In this document: piece after piece, positions 49,854-62,800 of the stretch
How positions within the stretch are numbered: the stretch's first letter is position 1
How the letters are laid out: every line of letters starts with the position of its first letter
NCBI RefSeq assembly: GCF_020745735.1
Contig: NC_083425.1
Location: 48,037,575-48,101,574, forward strand
Direction of reading: 5' to 3'
DNA length: 64,000 bases
Source: Hemiscyllium ocellatum
Lineage: Eukaryota
Translations under genes and position numbers: made by a program
The notes under the pieces: generated by a model
What the model saw: only the letters and a program-made list of their open reading frames with translations
Told to the model about the DNA's origin: nothing
Database searches by the model: none

Positions 49854-50659
49854 GACTGGAGGCTCATTCTGCTTTTACCCAAGAGTTAGATTAGATTTAA
49901 TCTGCCCAACTCTTCCCGGTAACTATTCAGGTCAGTGGTGCAGAACTATCTGAAGTCTGTCAGTCAATGTCAGAGACTTTCACAGATAGTTTTGGGAAGG
50001 AGGAGAATGGTCTATCAGATGTTTGAACCTCCCAGGCTGTTTATACCAAGTCAACACATGTGGGCCTCCAAAGGACCTTTACGTGCATTTGAGAATGTAC
50101 ATCCGAATCCAATAAGCTGGAGAGTGCAAGATCGTTTTCTCTTCCAACAATTCTATTTTGAACACTCTGGGCAATGATAGAATTATGATGGATGTTCTGT
50201 TACCATTTCATAGTGTTACTGGACCCAGCTATTATGAAAGTGGCCCAGCATCTTTAATCTGCAAACTATCAAAATTCTAAGCTATATGGAAACTTGGGAG
50301 CTTTAATGCAATGATCCATCAAGCCAAGTGTTCACCACTCCAGTCAGGAAGATGTTTTAGTTTCCATAAATACTTTCTGTAACCCACAGTAAACTTGCAA
50401 TGAACATCTCTCCTCACCTCGCCTGCTTTGTCAGCCATTAATCACCTGTCACCAAAGTCATCATGGATTTGTTACATTCACTTTGTTATTAATTTTAATG
50501 CTTAATGTGTCTTACACTCACTTTGAGGAGACAGGACATTATAAAGCATTGCAATTATTTCACAGTGACTGAGTCTGCAACATAATGCTTGTCAATTAAT
50601 ATTTGCATACCTAATTTACAACTGTACACAAAATACTCAGATATATAGACAACAACACA

Positions 50660-50890
50660 TCAGTCACTGGTAAAACCACAGTCACCAAAGGACTGCTAGT
50701 CACTGATAGATGCCCCAGTCACTTAATAGACTCCCAGTCACTGGTAGCCCCCCTAGTCATTGATAGCTTCCAGTCACTGATAGCCCCCAGTCACTTAATA
50801 GACTTCCAGTCAATGATAACTCCCAGTCACTGGTAGATCCTCAGATATTTAATTGATCTCTAATTACAGACACTGAGTCATTAATAGATG
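50660..50890 (+). repeat. Degenerate ~19-bp tandem repeat (cccagtcactgatagact-like)
   Basis: cagtcact recurs about 8 times. Confidence 0.7.
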
Positions 50891-51247
50891 ACTAAGGACT
50901 GATTAACCCACAGAGATGGACAGTCACTTCCCGAGCTGCTGATCAGCTCATGTGCAGATCCCTGTCCACAGAGACACTGATCTATATACTTGTAGACCCA
51001 CAAAGGTCAGTAAATAGTATCAAAATGGATCACAATAAACAGGAAGAACAAGTGCTTGAAACATAAGTCACAATGTCGAGTAACAACAAGGAGCTAAAAG
51101 CAGCCAAGTTAAACATCTATTAAAGAAAACATTACAAAAGATAGTGTCACCAAATGGAAAGAGAAAGAGAATGAGCATCTTGTTAGGCTTCTGTCAAATC
51201 ATTGTCTTATGATTGTCAGAATGTTGTAACCTGGTAATAATGGTCAG

Positions 51248-51598
51248 ATGCAATCTGAGAGGTGAAGTCAATGTAATCTGAGAGGTGAGGTCAATGTAAT
51301 CTGGGGGGTGAGGTCAATGGAATCTGGGAGGTGAGGTCAATGCAATCTGGGAGATGAGGTCAATGGAATCTGGGAGGTGAGGTCAATGGAATCTTGGGGG
51401 GTGAGGTCAATGGAATCTGTGAGGTGAGGTCAATGGAATCTGTGAGGTGAGGTCAATGGAATCTGGGAGATAAGGTCAATGTAATCTGGGAGATAAGGTC
51501 AACGGAATCTGAGAGATAAGGTCAACAGAATCTGGGAGATAAGGTCAACGGAATCTGGGAGGTGAGGTCAACGGAATCTGGGGGGTGAGGTCAATGTA
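51248..51598 (+). repeat. 23-bp minisatellite, ~15 copies (GGTGAGGTCAATGGAATCTGGGA)
   Basis: aggtcaa at 51311, 51334, 51357 and onward (period 23). Confidence 0.95.
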
Positions 51599-52704
51599 AG
51601 GGAAAGTGTGACAGACATTGCCAGTTGATTAAGATTTTAAAAAAAGATAAATGCTTGAAATCTGAAACAAAAAAACAGCTTTGATACCTGGAACAATCAA
51701 TGGGTGAGTCATACATCTGTTGAAAGAACAAACAAGTGAACATTACCGATTTACTAACTAGTCTGGGATCAGTCCCTCAGTCCCTGTTTCTAATGTATAG
51801 TTGAATAGTATCATGCTGTTTTTTGTTACCTTCTTGTCAGCATTTTCTGTACGTTTGACATCTTGCTGATTTGGAGCAGATATAATGGCACTTACACTAT
51901 GTGCTATTAACTGTGACTTGCAGAGAGTGAACATAATGAACTTTAAATACCTTCAGCAGTTAACTGGTGTGGAACCGACAGCTCCAAATATACACTTGCC
52001 TAATGTGAGCACAGGATTTCAATACGCCAGCCCACCTCATATTCACTTATTGTGAAGAGCTTTTTATTCAAGTGGAACATATAAAAGGAAACCATTCAAC
52101 AAAGAGTAAATGTTATTTAATTTTCGGTACTTTAAATACATTAGCTTGTTGCTATGATAGACATAGAAGTGCCTTTCAATGGCAATATTGACAATGGACT
52201 GAAAGATTATGGACTACAAAGCACTAATTGTCACCAGTGGGTGTCCATGAAATCGAGGACAATTCGCCTCATGGTTGTGGGTTTCAGTCATGGATTTTCA
52301 TCTGAGTCTAATTCTTGACCTCCAGATCTTTGGGCGCAGAGAGCAGAATGTCATATCAGGTAGCAAGGTCCAGAACACAGCCTTAAGATATTAGGTCATG
52401 ATGTGAGATACGACTCAATGAGCAAGACTTTGCTATTCTGTAACATTGCTAGCAATAAATGAACAGCATTCACGTGGCCTCAGTGAATCTTGTGTTATAT
52501 TAACAAGGTTCTTTAAAACTCACTCACAGTAGGTCCGACCCATTGCTCATTCACTGGTGTTCTACTGAAGGCGAGACAGAGGTTAGGAATCACAACAACA
52601 AATTGAACAACAAACCACATTGTTTTCTTTCTCCAGTAAAGGCTATGAGTAAACCTGAAGACACATCAGAGATTGCATGGCAGTTTGACCTGATCATTTA
52701 CATT

Positions 52705-53640
52705 AATGTGATTATGGGTATGTTTGTTGAGCTGGGAAGTTGATTTGCAGGCATTTCATCCCCTGTCTAGATGACATCTTCAGCACTTTGGAGCCTCCTG
52801 TGAAGCTCTGCCTTATTGTGTCTTCTGGGATTTATTTGGTTACGTTCCTGCTGCTTCCAGTTGCATGTTCCAGTTGTTTGTTGTAGTGACATATGGGGTC
52901 TTTGGTGTATGTGTTTGTTGATGGAGTCTGTGGATGAGTACCAGCTTCTAGAAATTCTCTGCCTCTCCTTTGTTTAGCTTGTCCTATGATCGTTGTAGGT
53001 AAAAACAATGACTGCAGACGCTGGAAACCAGAGTCTAGATTAGAGTGGTGCTGGAAAAGCACAGCAGTTCAGACAGCATCCGAGGAGCAGTAAAATCAAT
53101 GTTTCAGGCAAAAGCCCTTCATTGTTGTGTTGTCCCAGATTTGTGGTCATTGTCACCTGTGTGTGTGGTGACAAGGGACAGCTGGTCATGGCATTTAATG
53201 GCTATTTGCCGAGGCAGACAACTAGCAATCGCATCCATGAACACCAGCCAGATACTAAACACCATGACCACCTGTCCCAAGTAGCCATACACACAGATGA
53301 CAAGGACCACAAATTCGACCGGGATAACACAATGATCGTAGGACAAGTTGAACATAGGACAGCCAGAGAATTTCTAGAAGCATGGCACTCATCCACGAAC
53401 TGCATCGACAAACACATAGACCTAAATCCAATGCATCAGTCATGATGATAAACAACTGGAACGGGAATTAAATAAATTCTAGAAGACACAGTACAACAGC
53501 ACTTCACAGGAGGCTCCAAAGTGCTGAAGATGCCATCTAAACAGGGGACAAAATGTCTGCAAGTCAGCTTCCCAGCTTGGTGAACATAGCCACAACCATG
53601 GCAACTGGCAGCCGAGCTAGAAATCTTTACACAAACCTTG
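52705..53640. mobile_element. Inverted pair of Penelope 3' ends, with a short PLE terminus nested at 52998-53120
   Basis: 53205-53640 (+) is homologous to 39420-39830 (RIHEH, AREFLEAWHS); 52705-53200 is the same region on the minus strand; both carry decayed HHRs. Confidence 0.85.
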
Positions 53641-53887
53641 ACCTTACATTGATGCCAGCTTCTTTAAGAATGAAATTCAATCTCTCAAACTGTAGCAGGA
53701 GCTGAACTCACATGTCGCTGGAGGAATACTTGTGATCATGGATTGTGAGTTCAGGAACGCAATAAAGGAAATGATCCAAGTGTCACTATGGGGAAGAAAA
53801 CACCTTCCTCTGACTCAGAGACAAACAGGTTATCGACTGTATTGTGGCTCAGTGGGGAATTCCCGAGCACTACAGCCAGAGTTTCAG

Positions 53888-56800
53888 CAGCCACAGGTCA
53901 CACAGCTATATCCCACAGGTCACACAGACACAACCCACAGATCACACAGCTACAATCCGCGGGTCACACAGCTACAATCCGCGGGTCACATAGATACAAC
54001 ACACAGATCACACAGTTACAAACCACAGATTACACAGCTACAACACGCAGGTCACACAGATATAACACACAAGTCACACTGCTATAACCCACGGGTCACA
54101 CAGCTACAACACGCAGGTCACATAGATACACACATAGATCATACAGCTACAACCTACAGGTCACACAGGTACAACCCACAGGTCACACAGACATAATCCA
54201 GATGTCACACAGCCACAACCTATAGGTCAGACAGATACAACGCACAGATCACACAGCTACAATCCACAGATCACACAGCTACAACGCACAAGTCACACAG
54301 CTACAACACAAAGATCACACAGCTACAATCCACAAGTCACATAGCTATAATGCACAGATTACACAAACAAATCCCAGAGGTCACACAGCTACAATCCACA
54401 CATCACAGATACAACCCACAGGTTACACAGCTACAACCAACAGGTCACACAACTACAACCCACAGGTCACACAGATACAACCCACAGTTGAACCAGGTAC
54501 AACCCTCAGATCAAACAGCTAGAACCCAAAGATCACACAGCTAAAACCCACAGGTCACACAGATACAACCCACAGATCACACAGCTACAACCTGTACGTC
54601 ACACAGCTACAACCCACAGATTACAAATCTACAACCTAAAGGTCACATAGATACGACGCAGAGATCACATGGATACAACTCACAGATCACAAAACTACAA
54701 TCTATAAGTCACTCAGATACAAAGCACAGGTCTCACAGCTACAACCCACAGGACACACAGCTAAAACACAAAGATCACAAGGCTACAACCTACAGGTCGC
54801 ATTGATACTATGCACAGATCACATAGACACAATCTACAGTTCACACAGCTACAATCTATAGGTCACATTGATACAATGTACAGATCATTTACATACAACC
54901 TATAGGTCACACACCTACAAGATACAGATCACACAGCTACAACCCACAGGTCATACAGCTGCAATCCACAGATCAGACAGCTACAACCCACAAATCACAC
55001 AGACGTAATCCACAGGTTACACAGATACAACTCACAGATCACACAGATACAACCCACAGATCACATAGATACAACCTAAAGGTCACATAGACACAACTCA
55101 CAGGTCACACAGATACAACCTAAAGGTCACATAGGTACAATGCAAAGATCACATGGATACAACTCAAACATCACAAAGCTCCAACTCATATGTCACATAG
55201 AAACAATCCACAGATCACACAGCTACAATCTATAGGTTACACAGTTACAATCTAAAGGTCACACAGATACAACCCACCGGTAACACAGCTACAATCTTTT
55301 GGTCTCATAGATACAAAGCACAAGTCTCACAGATACAACACAAAGATCACACAGCTACAACAAACAGATCACACAGCTACAACCCACTGGTCACACAGAT
55401 GCAACACACAGATCACAAATCTACAACCTAAAGGTCACATAGATAAAATGCAGAGATCACATGGATACAATTCACAGATCATAAAGCTACAACCTATATG
55501 TCACATGAATACAATGCACAGATCACATGAAGACAATCCACAGATCACACAGCTACAACCTATAGGTTTCATAGATGCAATGCACAGATCACACAGCTAG
55601 AACCCAGCGATCACAAAGCGACAACCTATAGGTTTCATACATACAATGCATTGATCACATATAGACAACCTACAGATCACACAGCTACAACCTACAGGTT
55701 GCACAGTTACAATCTATATGTCACATAGATACAACCCACAGGTGACACACCTACAACCTATCGGTCACAAACCAACAACACACAGATCACACAGCAACAA
55801 CCCACAGATCACACACCTACAAACCACAGGTCACAAAACTACAACCCACAGGTCACACATCTACAAACCACAGGTCACAAAGCTATAACCTACAGGTCAC
55901 ACAGTTACAGTCCGTACATCAGACATCTACCAGTGGAGTGCCACAAAGATCGGTGCTGGGCCCTATACTTTTTAGATGCGAGCACAGTCAGTAAATTTGC
56001 AGATGACACCAAAATTGGAGATGTAGTGGACAGTGAAGATGGCTACCTCAGATTACAACAGGGTCTCAACCAGATGGGCCAATGGGCTGAGGACTGTCAG
56101 GTGGAGTTTAATTCAGATAAATGTGAGGTGCTGCATTTTGGAAAGCAAATCTTTGCAGGACTTAGACACTTAATGGTAAGGTCCTAGGGAGTGTTGCTGA
56201 ACACAGAGACATTGGAGTGCAAGTTCATAGCTCCTTGAAAGTAGAGTCACAGGTAGATAGGATAATGAAGAAGGCATTTGGTATGCTTTCCGTTATTGGT
56301 CAGAGTATTGAGTACAGGGGTTGGGAGGTCATGTTGCGGCTGTACAGGACATTGATTAGGCCACTGTTGGAATATTGCATGCAATTCTGGTCTCCTTCCT
56401 ATCGGAAAGATGTTGTGAAACGTGAAAGGGTTCAGAAGAAACTTACAAGGATGGTGCCAGGGTTGGAGGATTTGAGCTACAGGAAGAGGCTGAACAGGTT
56501 AGGGCTGTTTTCCCTGGAGCATCAAAGGCTGAGGGGTGACCTTATAGAGGTTTACAAAATTATGAAGGAAATGGATAGGATAAATAGGCATAGTCTTTTC
56601 CCTGGGGTGGGGGAGTCCAGAACTAGAGGGCATAGGTTTAGGGTGAGAGGGGAAAGATATAAAAGAGACCTAAGGAGCAACTTTTTCACGCAGAGGTGGT
56701 ACGTGTATGGAATGAGCTGCCAGAGGATGTGGTGGAGGCTGGTACAATTGCAACATTTAAGAGGCATCTGGATGGGTATATGAGTAGGAAGTGTTTAGAG

Positions 56801-59800
56801 GGATATGGGCTGGGTGCTGGCAGATGGGACTAGATTGGGTTGAGACGTCTGGTCAGCATGGACAGGTTGGACCGAAAGGTCTGTTTCATGCTGTTCATCT
56901 CTATGACTCTGTGACTCTATAACCTATAGGTCACATAGTTACAACGCACAGATGCCACATATACAACGCTCTGATCACAGAGATGCAACCCACAGGTTAC
57001 ACAACTACAACCTATAGGTCACACAGCTAAATCCCACAGGTCACACAGCTACAACCCACAGATCACACAGCAACAACCCACAGGTCACACAGCTACAACC
57101 TACAGGTCACACAGATACACACCACAGATCACACAGACACAACCCACAGGTCACACAGCAACAACCCAGAGATCACACAACTACAACGTACAGGTCACAC
57201 AGATACACACCACAGGTCACACAGACACAACCCACAGGTCACACAGCTACAACCACATGTCACACAGATGTAATCCACAGGACATACAGCTACAACTCAC
57301 AGATCACAAATCTGCAATATAAAGGACACATAGAAACTACACAGAGACCACATGGATACAACTCACAGATCACAAAGCTACGATCTATAGGTTACACAGT
57401 TACAATCTAAAGGGCACACAGATATAACCCACAGCCCACACAGCTACAATCTATTGGTCTCATAGATACAAAGCACAGGTCTCAGAGCTAAAACACAAAG
57501 ATCACACAGCTACAACCCACAAGGTCACACAGATACAACCCACAGTTATAACAGATACAACCCACAGATCACCCAGACACAACCCACAGGTCACACAGCT
57601 ACAAACTACAGATCACACAGGTATAACCCAAGGTCGCACAGATACATCCCACAGGTCACACAGATACAACCCATATGTCACACAGATACATCCCACTGGT
57701 CACACAGATACAACCTACAGATCACACAGATACATTCCACAGGTCACACAGGTATAACCCAAGGTCGCACAGATACATCCCACAAGTCACACAGACACAA
57801 CCCACAGATCACACAGATACAACCCAGGTCACACAGACACGTCCCACAGGTCACACAGATACAACCCACAGGTCACACAGATACAACCCACAGATCATAC
57901 AGCTACAAATCAAAGACCAAACAGGTACACTCCAAGGTCGCACAGATATATCCCACAGGTCACACAGGTATAACCCAAGTTCGCACAGATACGTCCCACG
58001 GGTTACGCAGATACAACCCACAGATATCACAGATACATCCCACAGGTCACACAGATACAACCCACAATCCACACAGATACAACCCACAGATACAACAGGT
58101 ACAAACCAAGTTCTCACAGATCACAAATCTACAACCTAAAGGTCACATAGATACAATGCAGAGATCACAAAGCTACAACCTATATGTCACATAGATACAA
58201 TGCGCACATCACATGGAGACAATCCACAGATCACACAGCTGCAATCTATAGGTCACATAGACACAATCCAGAGATCACACAGCTACAATCTATAGGTCAC
58301 CCAGATACAACCCACAGGTCACCCAGCTACAATCAATAGGATTCATAGATACAAAGCACAGGTCTCAGAGCTACAACACAAAGATTACACACCTACAAAC
58401 CACAGGGTCACACAGCTACAACCCACAGGTCACACAGCCACAACCCACAGGTCACACAGATACAACCCACAGGTCACACAGGTACAATCCAAGGTCACAC
58501 AGATGCAACCCACAGGTCACACAGACACAACCCCCAGATCACACAGATACATCCCACAGGTCACACAGACACAACCCACAGCTCACACAGGTACAAACCA
58601 CAGATCACACAGATACAATAAACAGATCAAACAGGTCCAACCCAAGTTCGCGCAGATACATCCCACAGGTCACACAGATACAACACACAGATCACAAATC
58701 TACATCCTAAAGCTCACATAGATACAAGGCAGAGATCACATGGATACAACTCACAGATCACAAAGCTACAACCGATAAGTCACACAGTAACAATGCACAG
58801 ACCACATGGAGACAACCCACAGGTCACACAGCTACAATCGATTGGTCTCATAGTTACAAGGCACAGTCTCAGAGCGACAGCACAAAGATCACACAGCTAC
58901 AACACACAGGTCACACAGATACAACACACAGGCCACACAGCCTCAACACACAGATCACATAGCTGCAAACCACAGATCACACAACTACAAGCCACAGGTC
59001 ACACAGATACAAATCACAGGTGACACAGATACATCCCACAGGCACACAGACACAACCCACAGATCACACAGAGACAAACCACAGATCACACAGATACAAC
59101 CCACAGATAACACAGGTACAACCCAAGGTCGCACAGATATGCCACACGGGACACACAGATACATCCCACAGGTCACAGAGGTAAAACACACAGCTCACAC
59201 AGATACAACATACACATCACACAGGTACAAACCACAGATCATACAGCTCCAACCCAAAGATCAAACAGGGTACAACCCAAGCTCTCACAGGTACATCCCA
59301 CAGGTCACACAGACACAACCTACAGATCATGCAGCTACAATCCACAGATCAAACAGGTACAACCCAAGGTCGCACAGATACATCCTGCAGGTCACACAGA
59401 CACAACCCACAGGTCACACAGAAACATCCCACAGGTCACACAGGTATAAATCAAGTTCGCACAGATACATCCCACAGGTCGCACAGATACATCCCACAGG
59501 TCACACAGATACAACCCAAGGTCGCACAGACACATCCTGCAGGTCACACAGACACAGCCCACACATCACACAGATACAACATACAGGTCACACAGATACA
59601 ATCCACAGGTCACACAGACACAATCCACAGGTCACACAGCTACAAACCACAGATCATACAGCTACAACGCTCAGATCAAACAGGTACAACCCAAGGTCAC
59701 ACAGATACATCACACAGGTCACACAGACACAACCCACAGATCATACAGCTACAATCCACTGATCAAACAGTTACAACCCAAGATCGCACAGATACATACC

Positions 59801-62800
59801 GCAGGTCACACAGATACAACTCACAGGTCATACGGATACATCCCACAGGTCACACAGGTATAACCCAAGGTCAAACAGATACATCCCACAGGTAACACAG
59901 ACACAACCCACAGACCACACAGATACAACCCACAGGTCACGCAGACACAACACACAGGTCACACATATTCAACCCACAGATCACAAATCTACATCCTAAA
60001 GCTCACCTAGATACAAGGCAGAGATCATATGGATACAACTCACAGATCACAAAGCTACAACCTATAAGACACACAGAAACAATGCACAGACCACATGGAC
60101 ACAACCCACAGGTCACACAGCTACAATCTATTGGTCTCATAGTGACAAGGCACAGTCTCAGAGCTACAGCACAAAGATCACACAGCTACAAAAGACAGAT
60201 CACACAGCTACAACACACAGATCACACAGATACAACACACAGCTCACACAGGTACAATGCAAAGATCACACAGCTACAACGCACAATTCGCATAGATACA
60301 CCACAGAGGTCATACAGGTATAACCCACAGGTCGCACAGATACATCCCATAGGTCACACAGACACAACCCACAGGTCACACAGATACAACCCACAGATCA
60401 CACAGATACAACAAACAGGTCACACAGGTGTAACCCACAGGTCACACAGATACAACATAAACGTCACACAGCTGCAACACACAGGTCACACAGATACAAT
60501 ACATAGATCACACAGATACATCCCACAGGTCACACAGATACAACTCACAGGTCACACAGATACAACCCACAGGTTACACAGGTATAAACCACAGGTCACA
60601 CAGATACAACACATAGGTCACCCAGGTATAACCCACAGGTCACACTGATACAACCCACAGGTTACACAGGTATAAACCACAGGTCACACAGATATAACCC
60701 ACAGATCACACAGCTACAACACACAGGTCACACAGATACAATCCACAGGTCACACAGACACAACCCACAACCTAAGGTCGCTACAGCACAAAGATCACAC
60801 AGCTACAAAAGTCAGATCACACAGCCACAACCCACAGGTCACACAGATACAACACACAGTTCAAACAAGTACAACCCAAGGTTGCGCAGATACACCCCAC
60901 AGGTCACACAGACACAACCCACAAGTCACACAGACACAACCCACAAGTCACACAGACACAACCCACAGATCAAACAGGTCCAACCCACACATCACACAGA
61001 TTCAACCCACAGATCACAAATCTACATCCTAAAGCTCACATAGATACACGGCAGAGATCACATGGATACAACTCACAGATCACAAAGCTACAACCTATAA
61101 GACACACAGAAACAATGCACAGACCACATGGACACAACCCACAGGTCACACAGCTACAATCTATTGGTCTCAAGGCACAGTCTCACAGCAACAGCACAAA
61201 GATCACACAGCTGCAAAAGACAGATCACACAGCTACAACCCACAGATAACACAGATACAACACACAGGTCACACATGTACAACCCACAGGTCACACAGAT
61301 ACAACCCACAGATCACCCAGATACAACCCACAGGTCACACAGATACAACCCACAGGTCAAACAGGTATAACCCACAGGTCACACAGACACAACCCACAGG
61401 TCACACAGATACAACCCACAGGTCACACAGATACAACACACAGGTCACACAGCTACAATACACAGGTCACACAGATACAACCCACAGATCACACAGCTAC
61501 AACCCACAGTTCAAATAGGTACAACCCAAGGTTGCACAGATACATCCCACAGGTCACACAGATACAAACCACAGGTCACACAGACACAACCCACACATCA
61601 CACAGATACAATCCACAGATCAAACAGGTCCAACCCACAAGTCACACAGACACAATTCACAAGTCACATAGACACAACCCACAGATCACACAGATACAAC
61701 CCACAGATCACACAGGTACAATGCAAAGATCACACAGCTACAACACACAAGTCGCATGGATACACCACAGAGGTCATACAGGTATAACCCACAGGTCACA
61801 CAGATACATCCCACAGGTCACACAGATACAACTCACAGATCACACAGACACAACCCACAGATCAAACAGCTACAACAATGGGTCACACAGATACAACACG
61901 CAGGTCACACAGGTATAACCCACAGGTCACACAGATACATCCCACAGGTCACACAGATACATCCCACAGTTCACACAGACACAACCCACAGATCACACAG
62001 ATACAACCCACAGGTCACACATATTCAACCCACAGATCACAAATCTACATCCGAAATCTCACATAGATACAAGGCAGAGTTCACATGGATACAACTCACA
62101 GATCACAAAGCTACAACCTATAAGTCTCACAGAAACAACCCACAGATCACACAGATACAATCCACAGATCAAACAGATACAACCCACAGATCACACAGAT
62201 ACAATACATAGATCACACAGCTACAACAACGGGTCACACAGATACAACACGCAGGACACACAGATATGACCCACAGGTCACACGGATACAACCCACAGAT
62301 CACACAGATACAATCCACAGATCAAACAGGTACAACCCAAGGTCGCACAGATACATCCCACAGGTCACACAGACACAACCCACAGGTCACACAGATGCAA
62401 CCCACAGATCACACAGATACAACAAACAGGTCACACAGGTGTAACCCACAGGTCACACAGATACAACATAAAGGTCACACAGCTGCAACACACAGGTCAC
62501 ACAGATACAATACATAGATCACACAGATACATCCCACAGGTCACACAGATACAACCCACAGGTCACACAGATACAACCCACAGATCACACAGCTACAACA
62601 CATAGGTCACACAGATACAACACATAGGTCACCCAGGTATAACCCACAGGTCACACTGATACAACCCACAGATTACACAGGTATAAACCACAGGTCACAC
62701 AGATACAACCCACAGATCACACAGCTACAACACACAGGTCACACAGATACAATCCACAGGTCACACAGACACAACCCACAACCTAAGGTCGCTACAGCAC

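Noticed and set aside
53732-62517. Many Thr/His/Gln-rich mucin-like ORFs
   Set aside because: Translations of a 22-bp unit (not a multiple of 3) with frequent stops; satellite artefacts
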